From Minisyncoccota bacterium (lineage in GTDB: Bacteria; Patescibacteriota; Minisyncoccia; Phycocordibacterales; Phycocordibacteraceae): 64,000 nucleotides of DNA. Of this stretch, positions 38,217 through 47,758 are shown piece by piece. How positions within the stretch are numbered: position 1 is the stretch's first letter; each line of letters starts with the position of its first letter. A program made the translations under genes and the position numbers. Location: assembly GCA_041658485.1 (NCBI GenBank), contig JBBAAE010000003.1, forward strand, positions 10,300 to 74,299. The letters are read 5' to 3'. The notes below the pieces were generated by a model that made no database searches, was not told where the DNA came from, and was given only the letters and a program-made list of their open reading frames with translations.

Positions 38217-38221
38217 ACTCT

Positions 38222-38437
38222 ATGAGGGAAGCAAATATTTCTGATGGTCGTTTAATTCGAGGTGGAGTGGGGGTTGGAGGCGCACCCTATGATCCTGAAG
38301 CTAAAGCTCCGCTTTCTCTGAAGCAACTTGCAGTATGGTATAGGAATCAAGCGGATATATTTTTTCATCGTGGTCAAAAAATACGTGCGAGACAGTGGCG
38401 TCAAATGGCTGAAGCTATACATCCTAGGAAGCGTTAA
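38222..38437 (+). CDS. Small hypothetical protein (72 aa)
   Basis: Internal ATG (MREANISDGRLIRGG...) within the longer track ORF. The upstream part overlaps the preceding gene and is discounted. Confidence 0.3.
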   Translation: MREANISDGRLIRGGVGVGGAPYDPEAKAPLSLKQLAVWYRNQADIFFHRGQKIRARQWRQMAEAIHPRKR

Positions 38438-38488
38438 ACAAAAAGAGCCACAGTGTGGCTCTTTTTTCGCATAGGCTATTTAATTTGG

Positions 38489-38971
38489 CTACTCTGTTAC
38501 CACGAGTGTTCCCCACATGCCCATAGCGCGATGATTGCCCACTGAACAATAGTATTCGAATGCACCTGCTTTATCCGCGGTAAATTCGACAACGGCACTC
38601 TGACCAGCACTTAATTTAGGGGTTGCGACATTAAACTCGTCCACTTTAAGATCGTGAGTGCCTGCAGGATTGGAAAATGTAATTTTTACGCGATCGCCCT
38701 TCTTCACTTGCATTGAATTTGGGGCAAATGAGAAGTGGTCGCTCAAAACAGTGAATTCTTTTACTCCCCCAACTGTTACCCCAACAGTAATATCGTTTGT
38801 TGATACTTCCCCAGTTTCCATACCTCCCGCAGGAAGGGAAGGGGTATCTCCCGTTACCTGAGTCTCAGTCTCTACAGCCTCAGTTGATGGCTTTTGTGAT
38901 GAGAAGTAATACCAACTGCCTACGCCGAGTAAGAGAGCAATTGCAAGAATGATGACTGGTTTATTTTTCAT
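38489..38971 (-). CDS. Membrane-anchored cupredoxin (type-1 blue copper protein, plastocyanin/azurin-like)
   Basis: N-terminal TM. C-terminal copper ligands H...C...H...M (GTHDL ... YYCSVGNHRAMGM). Confidence 0.7.
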   Translation of the reverse strand: MKNKPVIILAIALLLGVGSWYYFSSQKPSTEAVETETQVTGDTPSLPAGGMETGEVSTNDITVGVTVGGVKEFTVLSDHFSFAPNSMQVKKGDRVKITFSNPAGTHDLKVDEFNVATPKLSAGQSAVVEFTADKAGAFEYYCSVGNHRAMGMWGTLVVTE

Positions 38972-39119
38972 ACATAAAGTATATCGTATTTAGTGTTTTT
39001 GTTCCTCTTCGTTGGGATAAAACTTAGACAACATTGCGCGTGTATGTGGTGACATGTTATACTTTTCCTACTTGTATGATTATACACATGTGAGGAGTTA
39101 GTAGTGTAAAAAAATCACC

Positions 39120-39734
39120 ATGACATACGACACCATTCCTTCGGCAGACATTATTGAAAAGACAATTCTGGCAATAGGTGCACGGAACGTTTCTGTTCAC
39201 CTTGTGAATACTAAGGAAGAGGCATTGGAGAAGGTGAAATCACTCATTCCTGACGGAGCAGAGGTTATGACAGGTAGCTCAACTACGTTGCAACAGATTG
39301 GTTTTGTTGATTTGCTAAAGTCAGAAAGTCATCCGTGGAAGAATGTGAAAGAGGCTATTGTTGCTGAAAAGGACGGAGTTAAGCAAACAGAACTACGAAA
39401 ATTAAGTGTGTCTACTGACTATTTCCTAGGGAGCGTTCATGCCATTACTGAAGACGGACAGACAGTCACCGCTTCTGCTTCGGGGTCTCAGATCCCTTCG
39501 TATGCATTTACGAGCGATAACGTGATTTGGGTTGCTGGTGCACAAAAAATTGTACCAACACTGGATTCTGCATTTGCACGTATTCATGAGTATGTGTATC
39601 CACTTGAGGATGCCCGCATGAAGTCGGTGGGTATGGGAGGAAGTGTGATTGCAAAGATGTTCATCTTTGAGAGGGAAGTGATGCCCAATAGACACATTCA
39701 TCTCGTTCTCGTGAAAGAGGCGTTAGGGTTTTAA
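39120..39734 (+). CDS. LUD-domain protein (LutC/YkgG-like)
   Basis: 204 aa. Resemblance to the LutC family is judged by eye, with no definitive motif. Confidence 0.45.
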   Translation: MTYDTIPSADIIEKTILAIGARNVSVHLVNTKEEALEKVKSLIPDGAEVMTGSSTTLQQIGFVDLLKSESHPWKNVKEAIVAEKDGVKQTELRKLSVSTDYFLGSVHAITEDGQTVTASASGSQIPSYAFTSDNVIWVAGAQKIVPTLDSAFARIHEYVYPLEDARMKSVGMGGSVIAKMFIFEREVMPNRHIHLVLVKEALGF

Positions 39735-39783
39735 TAAACTGTTTTTGGTGTCTGTAGAAGGTACATCTGAGAATGTGATCTCA

Positions 39784-39845
39784 AACCCCTGTATAGTATA
39801 AAATAACGACCGTTATTTTATACTATACAGGGGTTTTGTTTTATT
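39784..39845. terminator. 54-bp near-loopless perfect palindrome followed by a T-tract (terminator or protein-binding site)
   Basis: aaacccctgtatagtataaaataacg-ac-cgttattttatactatacaggggttt then tgttttattt. Confidence 0.7.
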
Positions 39846-39969
39846 TAAACCAAGAGAATATGGGGGTACATGGAGGCATTCGCATATCTTTTGGTTTGCA
39901 GGAAACCCGACGGACATTTTGGTTGGGTTCTCGTTTTAGGTTATTTTGCAGTATTAAATTCATGAGACA

Positions 39970-41802
39970 ATGTCTCTCAGCATGCGAGCAAAAATTAAGT
40001 ACCCTCCAGTTGGCGTTCTCGATGTGCTTCGTGTCATGTGGCAGGGGTTACGACCTGATGGCTGGCTTGCTGTCGTCACGCTTTTTTTGTTTCTTGTTGC
40101 CAGTATTGCAGAGGTCTTTGTTCCACTTTTGTATAAGCATTTCTTTGACACACTTACAGCTCCTCTTGAAAAGAGCGTTGCTGTCGTCACGCTACTCTCT
40201 ATTATTACTGGAGTATTGACTCTCCGAGCTTTGCGCTGGGCTTCAAGAAATATTGGACTTTTGGGATTGCAGAAGATCGAGCCAGACACAATGGCTCGCC
40301 TACGGCAGATGTCTTTTGAGTACTTGGCGCAACACTCGCTTGGCTTCTTTTCGAATAACTTCAGTGGCAGTCTCATTCAACGAGTAAGTCGCTTCGCGCG
40401 TTCATTTGAAAGACTTGCCGATACCATTGCGTTCAATTTCATACCACTCGGTGTCACCATTATTGGTGCCGTTATTGTTACGTGGAGAGATACACCACTC
40501 CTTTCGCTCATTATTGTTGCGTGGATTACTGTATTTTTTAGTTTCAACTATGTGTTTGCAGTATGGCGTGTTAAGTACAACATTCGCATGGCCGAGGCAG
40601 ATTCAAAAACAACCGGCATGCTTGCTGATTTGCTTGCCAATCAAAGCTCAATAACCTTGTTTGCAAGCCTTAAAAATGAAGTAAAGCGCTTCACTGCTGT
40701 CACGAATGCTCAAGCAAAAATTACACGCACCACATGGAATATCAATTCCTCTTTTGATGCGGTGCAGGCGGCAATCATTTTTATAGCAGAGTTTCTTATT
40801 TTCTATTTCAGTATTAAGTTATGGCAGGAGGGTTCAATAACAGTAGGTACTTTTGTTTTGGTGCAAGTGTATATTATTGCTCTTGCAGGACAGCTTTGGG
40901 ATTTTGGACGCATTATTCGGACTGTCTTTGAGGTTTTTGCAGATTCAAAAGAAATGGTGGAGATGTTGAAGTTGCCTCATGAAATAAAAGATGTAGCTGG
41001 TGCCGAAGAACTCTCGGTTTTGAGGGGGGAAATAGTTTTTGAAAATCTCACCTTTAATTTTGGTGAAAATAGGAAGGTACTAGAAGATGTTGATCTCTCG
41101 ATTTCTGGCGGTCAGAAAATAGGATTGGTAGGCCCATCTGGTGCAGGAAAAACGACAATTCTACGACTTCTTTTCAGGCTCTATAACATCACCGAGGGTC
41201 GCATTCTCATTGATGGACAAGATATACAGAAAGTTACTCAGGAAAGTTTACGCCGTGCCATTGCGGTGGTGCCACAAGAACCTGTGCTTTTCCATCGAAC
41301 ACTCATGGAAAATATTCGCTACGGCAGGCTTGATGCAACCGATGCAGAAGTAAAAGAGGCGGCTCGTCTCGCAAATTGTGCGCAGTTTATTGATGGACTC
41401 CCTGCTGGCTATGATACCTATGTGGGCGAGAGAGGTGTAAAAATTTCTGGTGGTGAACGGCAGAGAATTGCCATAGCACGCGCTATTTTGAAGGATGCGC
41501 CAATACTTATTCTTGATGAAGCGACTTCGAGCCTCGACTCTCATTCAGAAGTACTCATTCAGGAAGCTTTGGATAGACTCATGGAAGGTAAAACTACAAT
41601 TGCTGTTGCACACCGACTTTCAACAATTCGCCAGATGGATCGTATTCTTGTGCTTGAGGGTGGTCATATAAAGGAAGACGGTACTCATGATTCGCTTCTC
41701 GCAAAGCCAAGTTTGTACCGCGATTTGTGGAATCTTCAGGCAGGTGGATTCATTACAGAAGATGATGCTGTCTCTGAAGATAAAGAATCAGAAATTCTAT
41801 GA
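39970..41802 (+). CDS. ABC transporter, fused permease/ATP-binding protein (type I exporter, MsbA-like)
   Basis: 6-TM N-terminal domain; Walker A GPSGAGKTT, signature LSGGERQRIAIARA, Walker B ILILDEATS, H-loop AHRLST. Confidence 0.85.
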   Translation: MSLSMRAKIKYPPVGVLDVLRVMWQGLRPDGWLAVVTLFLFLVASIAEVFVPLLYKHFFDTLTAPLEKSVAVVTLLSIITGVLTLRALRWASRNIGLLGLQKIEPDTMARLRQMSFEYLAQHSLGFFSNNFSGSLIQRVSRFARSFERLADTIAFNFIPLGVTIIGAVIVTWRDTPLLSLIIVAWITVFFSFNYVFAVWRVKYNIRMAEADSKTTGMLADLLANQSSITLFASLKNEVKRFTAVTNAQAKITRTTWNINSSFDAVQAAIIFIAEFLIFYFSIKLWQEGSITVGTFVLVQVYIIALAGQLWDFGRIIRTVFEVFADSKEMVEMLKLPHEIKDVAGAEELSVLRGEIVFENLTFNFGENRKVLEDVDLSISGGQKIGLVGPSGAGKTTILRLLFRLYNITEGRILIDGQDIQKVTQESLRRAIAVVPQEPVLFHRTLMENIRYGRLDATDAEVKEAARLANCAQFIDGLPAGYDTYVGERGVKISGGERQRIAIARAILKDAPILILDEATSSLDSHSEVLIQEALDRLMEGKTTIAVAHRLSTIRQMDRILVLEGGHIKEDGTHDSLLAKPSLYRDLWNLQAGGFITEDDAVSEDKESEIL

Positions 41803-42350
41803 TTCTGGGTATTACGGGGACGATTGGTGCCGGTAAGGGGACTGTTGCAATGCATCTTAAGAAGAAGGGATTTCAACATATTTCTGTTTCAGCTTTCTTA
41901 GAAAGTGAGGCGCTCTGTCGCGGGCTCATTCCAACGAGGGTTGTGTGTCGTGAGATTGCAAATGAATATCGTGCGAAGCACTCAACTGCACTCGTTGAGG
42001 CAGTGCTTGGCGAAATTAATTCAGTGAAAGAAAATATCGTCATTGAATCACTACACTCAGTTCCTGAGGTTTTGTATATTCGTAATCTTGGCGGGAAGGT
42101 GCTTTCTGTTGATGCGCCACTATCTGTTCGCTACGAAAGAATACAGAAACGCGGTGAAGAAAAAGACGCCGTTTCTTTTGATGATTTCTTAAAAGAGCAA
42201 AATAAACAAATGGCTTCTGAAAATCAGGACGAAAATAATCTTAAGGGGGCTATTGGTGTGGCAGATTTTCATATTGAGAATGCTGAAATTTCCGAGGGGC
42301 TTTTTAGGAAAATTGATGATATTCTTGAACAACTACATGAGTCCGTTTGA
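41799..42350 (+). CDS. P-loop nucleoside/nucleotide kinase-like protein (CoaE/dNK-like)
   Basis: GITGTIGAGKGT P-loop at the N-terminus. 183 aa. Substrate unknown. ATGA overlap with the ABC gene. Confidence 0.5.
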   Translation: MILGITGTIGAGKGTVAMHLKKKGFQHISVSAFLESEALCRGLIPTRVVCREIANEYRAKHSTALVEAVLGEINSVKENIVIESLHSVPEVLYIRNLGGKVLSVDAPLSVRYERIQKRGEEKDAVSFDDFLKEQNKQMASENQDENNLKGAIGVADFHIENAEISEGLFRKIDDILEQLHESV

Positions 42351-43035
42351 TTTTATATACCCAGGGCGTTTTATGATTATCGGCAAAGATGCTGGTGCAT
42401 ATGTGGCAGTGTATGGCGCAACAGGGCGGAGTCCGTCGAGTTTAGCGAGGCGTTTTGTCCAAAAAGGGAATGGTATTTTTATGGGTGGTGTTGATGAGAC
42501 TGTCAAACAGGGGAATCAAGAGCTTCTCGAATACCCAGCTGTCCAAATACTCGACAACGGTATTGTTGTTGCAAATGGTACGCACATAAAACACATAACA
42601 GAACTTCAATCGCGCGATGCTCGTCAGCAACTTTCCTATGCTCTAACTGAAGAGGCATATGAGCCAGATGAGTATCGGACACCGCGCATTACTGGATGTA
42701 TTATTGAGTCTTCAAAGGGAGTGGATGGGGCACTTCACATTGTGCGCTCTGCATCTGATGGTATTGATCACGCTTCCTGGAGTCTCTCTTTTGAAGAAGG
42801 TGTAGGCTCATACATTGGTACCTATATAGGGGACGATGTGAAACCTACCCCATCATTTGCTGGCGATCCGATTTCTGTGCCGCTTACATTCGGTTCCGCA
42901 AAAAATGCAGCGAAAGGAATATTTGATTTATATGCCCCAAAGGTAGGGCAATTGGATTATCGTGTCGGCGTTATTGCCATTTATAAAAAACTTGGAGAAC
43001 AGGCGGAAATTGCTATAGTAAATCGTATCTCATGA
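42337..43035 (+). CDS. purO: IMP cyclohydrolase, archaeal type (PurO-like)
   Basis: GRFMIIGKDAGAYVAVYGATGRSPSSLARRF resembles the PurO N-terminal consensus (GRF.v.Gk...a.YrvsSRSFpnR). The start at internal ATG 42337 rather than the track start 42253 is inferred. Confidence 0.55.
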   Translation: MSPFDFIYPGRFMIIGKDAGAYVAVYGATGRSPSSLARRFVQKGNGIFMGGVDETVKQGNQELLEYPAVQILDNGIVVANGTHIKHITELQSRDARQQLSYALTEEAYEPDEYRTPRITGCIIESSKGVDGALHIVRSASDGIDHASWSLSFEEGVGSYIGTYIGDDVKPTPSFAGDPISVPLTFGSAKNAAKGIFDLYAPKVGQLDYRVGVIAIYKKLGEQAEIAIVNRIS

Positions 43036-43508
43036 ATGACGACATTGATGACATTCAGATGCCCGCAATGAATCCTAGTGGTAAATCAGCAGCTCTCGTA
43101 GAGGACGGCTTATCTCCAAAAGAATTTGAAAAAATAGTTGCTGATGCTTTTCTTTTAGTCCCAGAAAAATTTAGCTCAAAAGTGAGTGCTAGCGCTATTG
43201 TAATCGAAGATGCACCGAGTGATGCCGTGCTCCGTGAGCAGAATGTTCCAGAGAATTATACGCTTTTCGGTTTGTATAAGAGCACAGAGACTGGTGATGG
43301 GGTAGTTATATTTCGTAATCCTGTTTTGCATGCTGCCGCTCACGAAGCTGGGGTTGAAGTGGAATGGGGTGCTCCGACCGAGCCAATGAAGCGACGTCTT
43401 CGTACCATTGTGCGCGACATTATTTGGCATGAAATTGCACGCCACTTTGATATGGATGAATTTGAAATAGATGCGCGTGAGGAGACATCAACAAACGAAT
43501 TTAAGTAA
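43032..43508 (+). CDS. Hypothetical acidic protein (possible zincin-like fold)
   Basis: 158 aa. Has HEIARH, a HExxxH variant that does not match the canonical HExxH zinc-binding motif. Function uncertain. Confidence 0.35.
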   Translation: MNDDIDDIQMPAMNPSGKSAALVEDGLSPKEFEKIVADAFLLVPEKFSSKVSASAIVIEDAPSDAVLREQNVPENYTLFGLYKSTETGDGVVIFRNPVLHAAAHEAGVEVEWGAPTEPMKRRLRTIVRDIIWHEIARHFDMDEFEIDAREETSTNEFK

Positions 43509-43512
43509 AAAA

Positions 43513-43542
43513 AGCTGTCAGGTTTCAGTTTCCGGCTTTCAG
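43513..43542. repeat. Degenerate heptamer repeat x4, same family as the pilin leaders
   Basis: agctgtc aggtttc agtttcc ggctttc, directly after the stop codon. Confidence 0.6.
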
Positions 43543-43587
43543 TGAGGAAACGCTTTTATTTTTTAGGAGCTAAAACCTCTGACGTTG

Positions 43588-44157
43588 TCAGAGGTTCGCC
43601 TGAACACGCAAAGCGTGTTTTAGGAGTTCAGCGAATTTTTCTTGAACTTTTTGAAGTTTTGGTTCAATAATTACTTGGCAGTAGCCTTGAGTTTTGTTTT
43701 TTGCATAGTAGTCGAGATGCTCTTGTTCTGCCTCGTAGAATTTTGTAAGCGGTGCTATATCAGTTGCTATAGGCTTTCCTTCTTTTGATGAATCGTTAAG
43801 TTGTTGTATGAAAGCTCCGGCTTCTTTTTCTTGTGTGTCGTCAGTATAAAGAATAATGGAACGGTATTGTGTGCCTACATCATTACCTTGGCGGTTTACT
43901 TGCGTAGCGTCATGCGTTCCGAAAAATACAGTAAGTAAGTCTGAGTAAGTGATTTGTGAGGAATCAAATTCAATTTTTATTACTTCGGCGTGCCCTGTGT
44001 TCCCATTTGAAACCGCATAGTAGGTCGGATTCTCGGTTGTGCCTCCTGCATAGCCCGGGTTCACTGAAATCACACCTCGAAGCATTTTGAATACTGCCTC
44101 CGTGCACCAGAAGCAACCTCCTCCAAATACGGCAACTGAATGCGATTCAGAATCCAT
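43588..44157 (-). CDS. msrA: Peptide-methionine (S)-S-oxide reductase MsrA
   Basis: Active site GGGCFWCTEAVF near the N-terminus. Confidence 0.9.
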   Translation of the reverse strand: MDSESHSVAVFGGGCFWCTEAVFKMLRGVISVNPGYAGGTTENPTYYAVSNGNTGHAEVIKIEFDSSQITYSDLLTVFFGTHDATQVNRQGNDVGTQYRSIILYTDDTQEKEAGAFIQQLNDSSKEGKPIATDIAPLTKFYEAEQEHLDYYAKNKTQGYCQVIIEPKLQKVQEKFAELLKHALRVQANL

Positions 44158-44160
44158 GGG

Positions 44161-44784
44161 TTAGCAATTGTTAGGTTCTCGAATGTGTTTACGGATAGGA
44201 AAAAAGAGAAGTGCGCCAGCAAATTCGAGACATGCCACTGCTATAACTACCGTATGAAAACCTATCGTAGTTGCAAGGTACCCACCGATTGCTGCTGTTG
44301 CGGCCGAGGCTAGGTCGAGCATGGTGAAGTACAAACCCCACATTGTTGCTTCTTTGTTATCCGGAATATATTTAGTAAAGAGTGCCATAAATGAGGGAAA
44401 CTGAAACGCATAGGCAAGCCCAATAAGGAATTGTGCGAAGTAGAGCTCAATTGGAGTTGAGATGAAGAGGAATGAGAGGGGTATGAAACTTGCAAAAATG
44501 AGACTTCCAAAGATAAACCAGAAGTCATCTCTGTCTCCACAAATTTTATCAATAATGAACGCTGCTGGAATTTGGGCAATGCTTTTTGTAAGGAGGTAGA
44601 TAGCGATTGCGATGCCGGCCACTTCAGCACTTCCGCCATCTATGAAATCAACAACGAAAAGTGAAAAAATTGGACCCAAGAGTCCTGCGGCGGAAAAGAA
44701 CACTACATCTCCAAAAATTAGAAATTTTATGACCGGATTTGCTCGGAGGAGTTCTCCAAATGGAAAGAAAGAATGTCGTTTCAT
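44161..44784 (-). CDS. Six-TM MFS-like half-size transporter
   Basis: 6 predicted TM helices resembling one MFS half. Sits between msrB and msrA with 3 and 16 bp gaps. Confidence 0.45.
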   Translation of the reverse strand: MKRHSFFPFGELLRANPVIKFLIFGDVVFFSAAGLLGPIFSLFVVDFIDGGSAEVAGIAIAIYLLTKSIAQIPAAFIIDKICGDRDDFWFIFGSLIFASFIPLSFLFISTPIELYFAQFLIGLAYAFQFPSFMALFTKYIPDNKEATMWGLYFTMLDLASAATAAIGGYLATTIGFHTVVIAVACLEFAGALLFFPIRKHIREPNNC

Positions 44785-44800
44785 TGTGTATAGATTGGTA

Positions 44801-45184
44801 TTATTTTTCTTGTAAATCTAAACATACTGAATTAATACAATAGCGTTTTCCGGTTTCAGTAGGGCCATCTTCAAACATATGCCCTAGATGTGACCCACAT
44901 TTTGCACACACCACTTCTGTGCGTGCCATACCTAAGGACATATCTGTTTTCATTTCGACGGATCCGGCAATAGCATCATCAAATGACGGCCAGCCAGTAC
45001 CAGAATCAAATTTCTTTTCCGAAGTGAAAAGAGGGTTGGCGCAGACCTTACAATTAAAGGTTCCTTGTGTGTCTGTATGGACAAATTCGCCACTAAAAGG
45101 AGCTTCGGTGGCTCCTGTTCTAAGGACCGCATATTCCTCAGGTGTGAGGCGTTTTTTTAATTCTTCTTCGCTTTGCATGTCCAT
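44801..45184 (-). CDS. msrB: Peptide-methionine (R)-S-oxide reductase MsrB
   Basis: Zinc CxxC pairs (CKVCANPLF; [12 protein letters not shown]) and the catalytic region. Confidence 0.9.
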   Translation of the reverse strand: MDMQSEEELKKRLTPEEYAVLRTGATEAPFSGEFVHTDTQGTFNCKVCANPLFTSEKKFDSGTGWPSFDDAIAGSVEMKTDMSLGMARTEVVCAKCGSHLGHMFEDGPTETGKRYCINSVCLDLQEK

Positions 45185-45219
45185 TGTCTATATTCTAACA
45201 GGAGTATAATGCAGAGTAT

Positions 45220-46368
45220 ATGAAAAAACTCTCATTTTTAGCCTTTCTGGCATTAGTAGCTTTGGTGATTCCTCTTAGTGTTGTGCACGCAGCGCAAACA
45301 CAGGTAGGTAAGATTGTTACTGTCTCACAAACTCTTTCAGAAAACGCTTATATTGCTGGACAAGAGGTGTATATATCCTCTACGGCGGAGAAGGATCTGC
45401 TTGGTGCCGGAGGAAAAGTGACAGCGAATGCCCCTGTAGTTGGTGATCTTATGCTTGTTGCAGGTAGTATCAATATCCTCGATTCTGTAGGAGGGGATGT
45501 TCGGGTAGCAGGAGGAGATGTAACGATTGCGAAATCTGTCGGTGGGGATTTGTTGGTATTTGGGGGTGTCGTTACCATCCTTCCGTCAGCAACCATTGGC
45601 GGGGATGTCATTATCTTTGGCGGAACTGTTGATATACAAGGTGCTGTGCAGGGAAGTTTGAAAGTGCATGCGGAAGGTGTGACGGTTAATGGTGTTGTTA
45701 TGGGGCCAGCTTCAGTAAAGACCTCCGACTCAGTTTCTTTTGGAGAAAAAGCAGATTTTCGCTCTTCACTTTCATATTCTGCCCCAATTGATGCAACGAT
45801 AGCCGAAGGGGCAAAGCTAGGGGGCGAAGTTGTGTTTACAAAAGAAGAAGGTGGATCTTCTAATGATAAGAACATAATTGCAGGAATTCTTGCTGTTGTA
45901 GGCATCATGATGCTCATTAAATTCGTAGGAATTCTTTCTGTTGCACTGGTGATTGTCTACACATTCAAAAACGCCTCACTTGCTCTATCTACACAAACTG
46001 TTCAAAAGTTTTGGCCGATGGTTGGTGTTGGTTTCATTGCAATAATTAGTATTCCCGTACTCACACTCCTATTATTTGCGAGTGTGGTTGGTATGTATTT
46101 TGGGTTTATTCTTCTTGCGTTGTATCTTTTTGCACTCCTAGTCGCAGGTGTCTTTATGTGCATTACTACCGGAGCATTTCTCTCGAAGTTGATCCGTAAA
46201 GAAGTACAGGTTGATTGGAAGTGGACAATATTTGGTACTGTGGTAGTATTTGTGTTGCCGTTCATTCCTTTTCTAGGCTGGGTGGCATTAATAGTTCTTT
46301 TCTTTGCTTCCATGGGTGCTGTCGCAACGAGCCTCTGGCGCGATGCGAAAGTGAAGATGGAAGGATAG
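45220..46368 (+). CDS. Secreted beta-helical repeat protein (bactofilin/DUF4097-like repeats) with a C-terminal 4-TM anchor
   Basis: Signal peptide, then repeated GGDV.V.GG.V.I units, then 4 hydrophobic helices. Confidence 0.4.
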   Translation: MKKLSFLAFLALVALVIPLSVVHAAQTQVGKIVTVSQTLSENAYIAGQEVYISSTAEKDLLGAGGKVTANAPVVGDLMLVAGSINILDSVGGDVRVAGGDVTIAKSVGGDLLVFGGVVTILPSATIGGDVIIFGGTVDIQGAVQGSLKVHAEGVTVNGVVMGPASVKTSDSVSFGEKADFRSSLSYSAPIDATIAEGAKLGGEVVFTKEEGGSSNDKNIIAGILAVVGIMMLIKFVGILSVALVIVYTFKNASLALSTQTVQKFWPMVGVGFIAIISIPVLTLLLFASVVGMYFGFILLALYLFALLVAGVFMCITTGAFLSKLIRKEVQVDWKWTIFGTVVVFVLPFIPFLGWVALIVLFFASMGAVATSLWRDAKVKMEG

Positions 46369-46540
46369 AGGATTATTAAGGTTAATAAAATAATTACATA
46401 TATATGTTCAACAAAATTGAAAAAGCAGTGAGGGAATTTCTTCGTCCAAAGGGTGGCGCTACTGGTTTTATGAATTCGACCGCACGTGGTCATGTTGAAA
46501 AACACACTCGACCAGGGGCACCGTTTGATGGTGACTAACT

Positions 46541-47008
46541 ATGTCTCTACTCGACCAGCTAGCTCCCGATTTTACGCTCGCTGATCAGGACGGGAAGGAA
46601 CACACGCTCTCAAACTACCGTGGGAGGTGGGTTCTTTTGTATTTCTACCCCAAGGATAATACTCCTGGGTGTACTAAGGAGGCCTGCATGATTAGAGATG
46701 CCTTTCCTCGTTTTGAAGGGGTACACGCACATGTGTTTGGTATTTCTGTTGATTCAGTTAAAAGTCATAAGAAATTCGCGGATGAGTACCAGTTACCATT
46801 TTCGCTTCTTGCTGACGAACAAAAAGAAGTTGTTGGGAAATATGGCGTGTGGGGAGAGAAGAAAATGATGGGACGCACCTACATGGGCACGAAGCGCACC
46901 TCATTCCTTATAGACCCGAATGGTGTGATTAAGAAAGTGTACGAGAGTGTAAAACCTGAAGTTCACGCCGAAGAAGTGCTTGCCGATCTCCAATCCTTTA
47001 ATGCCTAA
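46541..47008 (+). CDS. bcp: Thiol peroxidase Bcp (peroxiredoxin)
   Basis: YFYPKDNTPGCTKEAC peroxidatic-Cys motif. Confidence 0.85.
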   Translation: MSLLDQLAPDFTLADQDGKEHTLSNYRGRWVLLYFYPKDNTPGCTKEACMIRDAFPRFEGVHAHVFGISVDSVKSHKKFADEYQLPFSLLADEQKEVVGKYGVWGEKKMMGRTYMGTKRTSFLIDPNGVIKKVYESVKPEVHAEEVLADLQSFNA

Positions 47009-47663
47009 AGTCTTCATGCGCCGTGCTCGGGCGAAAAAAATAGTTGCATATCTGAAAAAGGTGTACCCGGAGCCTAAGAGTGAGCTTGTGCACAAGACGC
47101 CATTTCAATTTCTTGTGGCAGTAGTGATGTCGGCGCAGTGTACCGACAAGGTAGTGAATAGGGTGACTGCTCCACTGTTTAAGAAATATAAAACTGCCTC
47201 TGATTTTGCACACGCAAATCCTAGAGTATTTGAGAAAGAAATTTCTTCCGTTACATTTTTTAGAAATAAGGCGCAGCACATTATTGAAAGTGCAAAGAAG
47301 GTAGTAGCTGAACACGGCGGTAAGGTTCCGAAAACAGAACAAGAACTCGTCACTCTTCCAGGAGTGGGGTACAAGACTGCACATGTAATTTTGAATGAGC
47401 TCCACGGTATATCCGAAGGTATTCCTACCGATACTCATGTGAAGCGTTTCGCAAAGCGCTTTGACTTGGTAGATTCAAATGATTTGAAAAAGATCTCAAA
47501 AGAGCTTGAAGTACTCATTCCAAAAAAAGACTGGAAGTATGTAAACAATGGTCTTGTTTTGTATGGGCGGTATGTGTGTCCTGCAAGACCTCATGACTGT
47601 AGAGCGCATCCACTAACCACGCTCTGGCCTGATGCCAACAAAAGGTGGACAAAAGCGAAATAA
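47001..47663 (+). CDS. nth: Endonuclease III (Nth, HhH-GPD family)
   Basis: VMSAQCTDKVVN, HhH LPGVGYKTAHVILNELHG, catalytic Asp region, partial C-terminal Cys cluster. ATG at 47001 overlaps the bcp stop. Confidence 0.75.
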   Translation: MPKVFMRRARAKKIVAYLKKVYPEPKSELVHKTPFQFLVAVVMSAQCTDKVVNRVTAPLFKKYKTASDFAHANPRVFEKEISSVTFFRNKAQHIIESAKKVVAEHGGKVPKTEQELVTLPGVGYKTAHVILNELHGISEGIPTDTHVKRFAKRFDLVDSNDLKKISKELEVLIPKKDWKYVNNGLVLYGRYVCPARPHDCRAHPLTTLWPDANKRWTKAK

Positions 47664-47758
47664 TTTCTGAGACTCTTTTTTATAGAGCATCTTTTCTTAG
47701 AGTTGAGAATCTGTATGCTTACTTGACTTATAGCGTATACAATATATAAATAATCCAT

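Noticed and set aside
38039-38221. N-terminal 61 codons of track ORF 38039..38437
   Set aside because: It overlaps the 3' end of the DUF2231-like gene in another frame. Only the part from ATG 38222 is kept, at low confidence.
44161-44784. Calling the 6-TM MFS-like gene a pseudogene
   Set aside because: No frameshift or stop is visible and the spacing to msrA and msrB is tight and operon-like. It is kept as an intact half-size gene and flagged as a finding.
45348-45917. 189-aa minus-strand ORF inside the beta-helix repeat gene
   Set aside because: An antisense shadow of the Gly/Val-rich repeat region with no independent signals.
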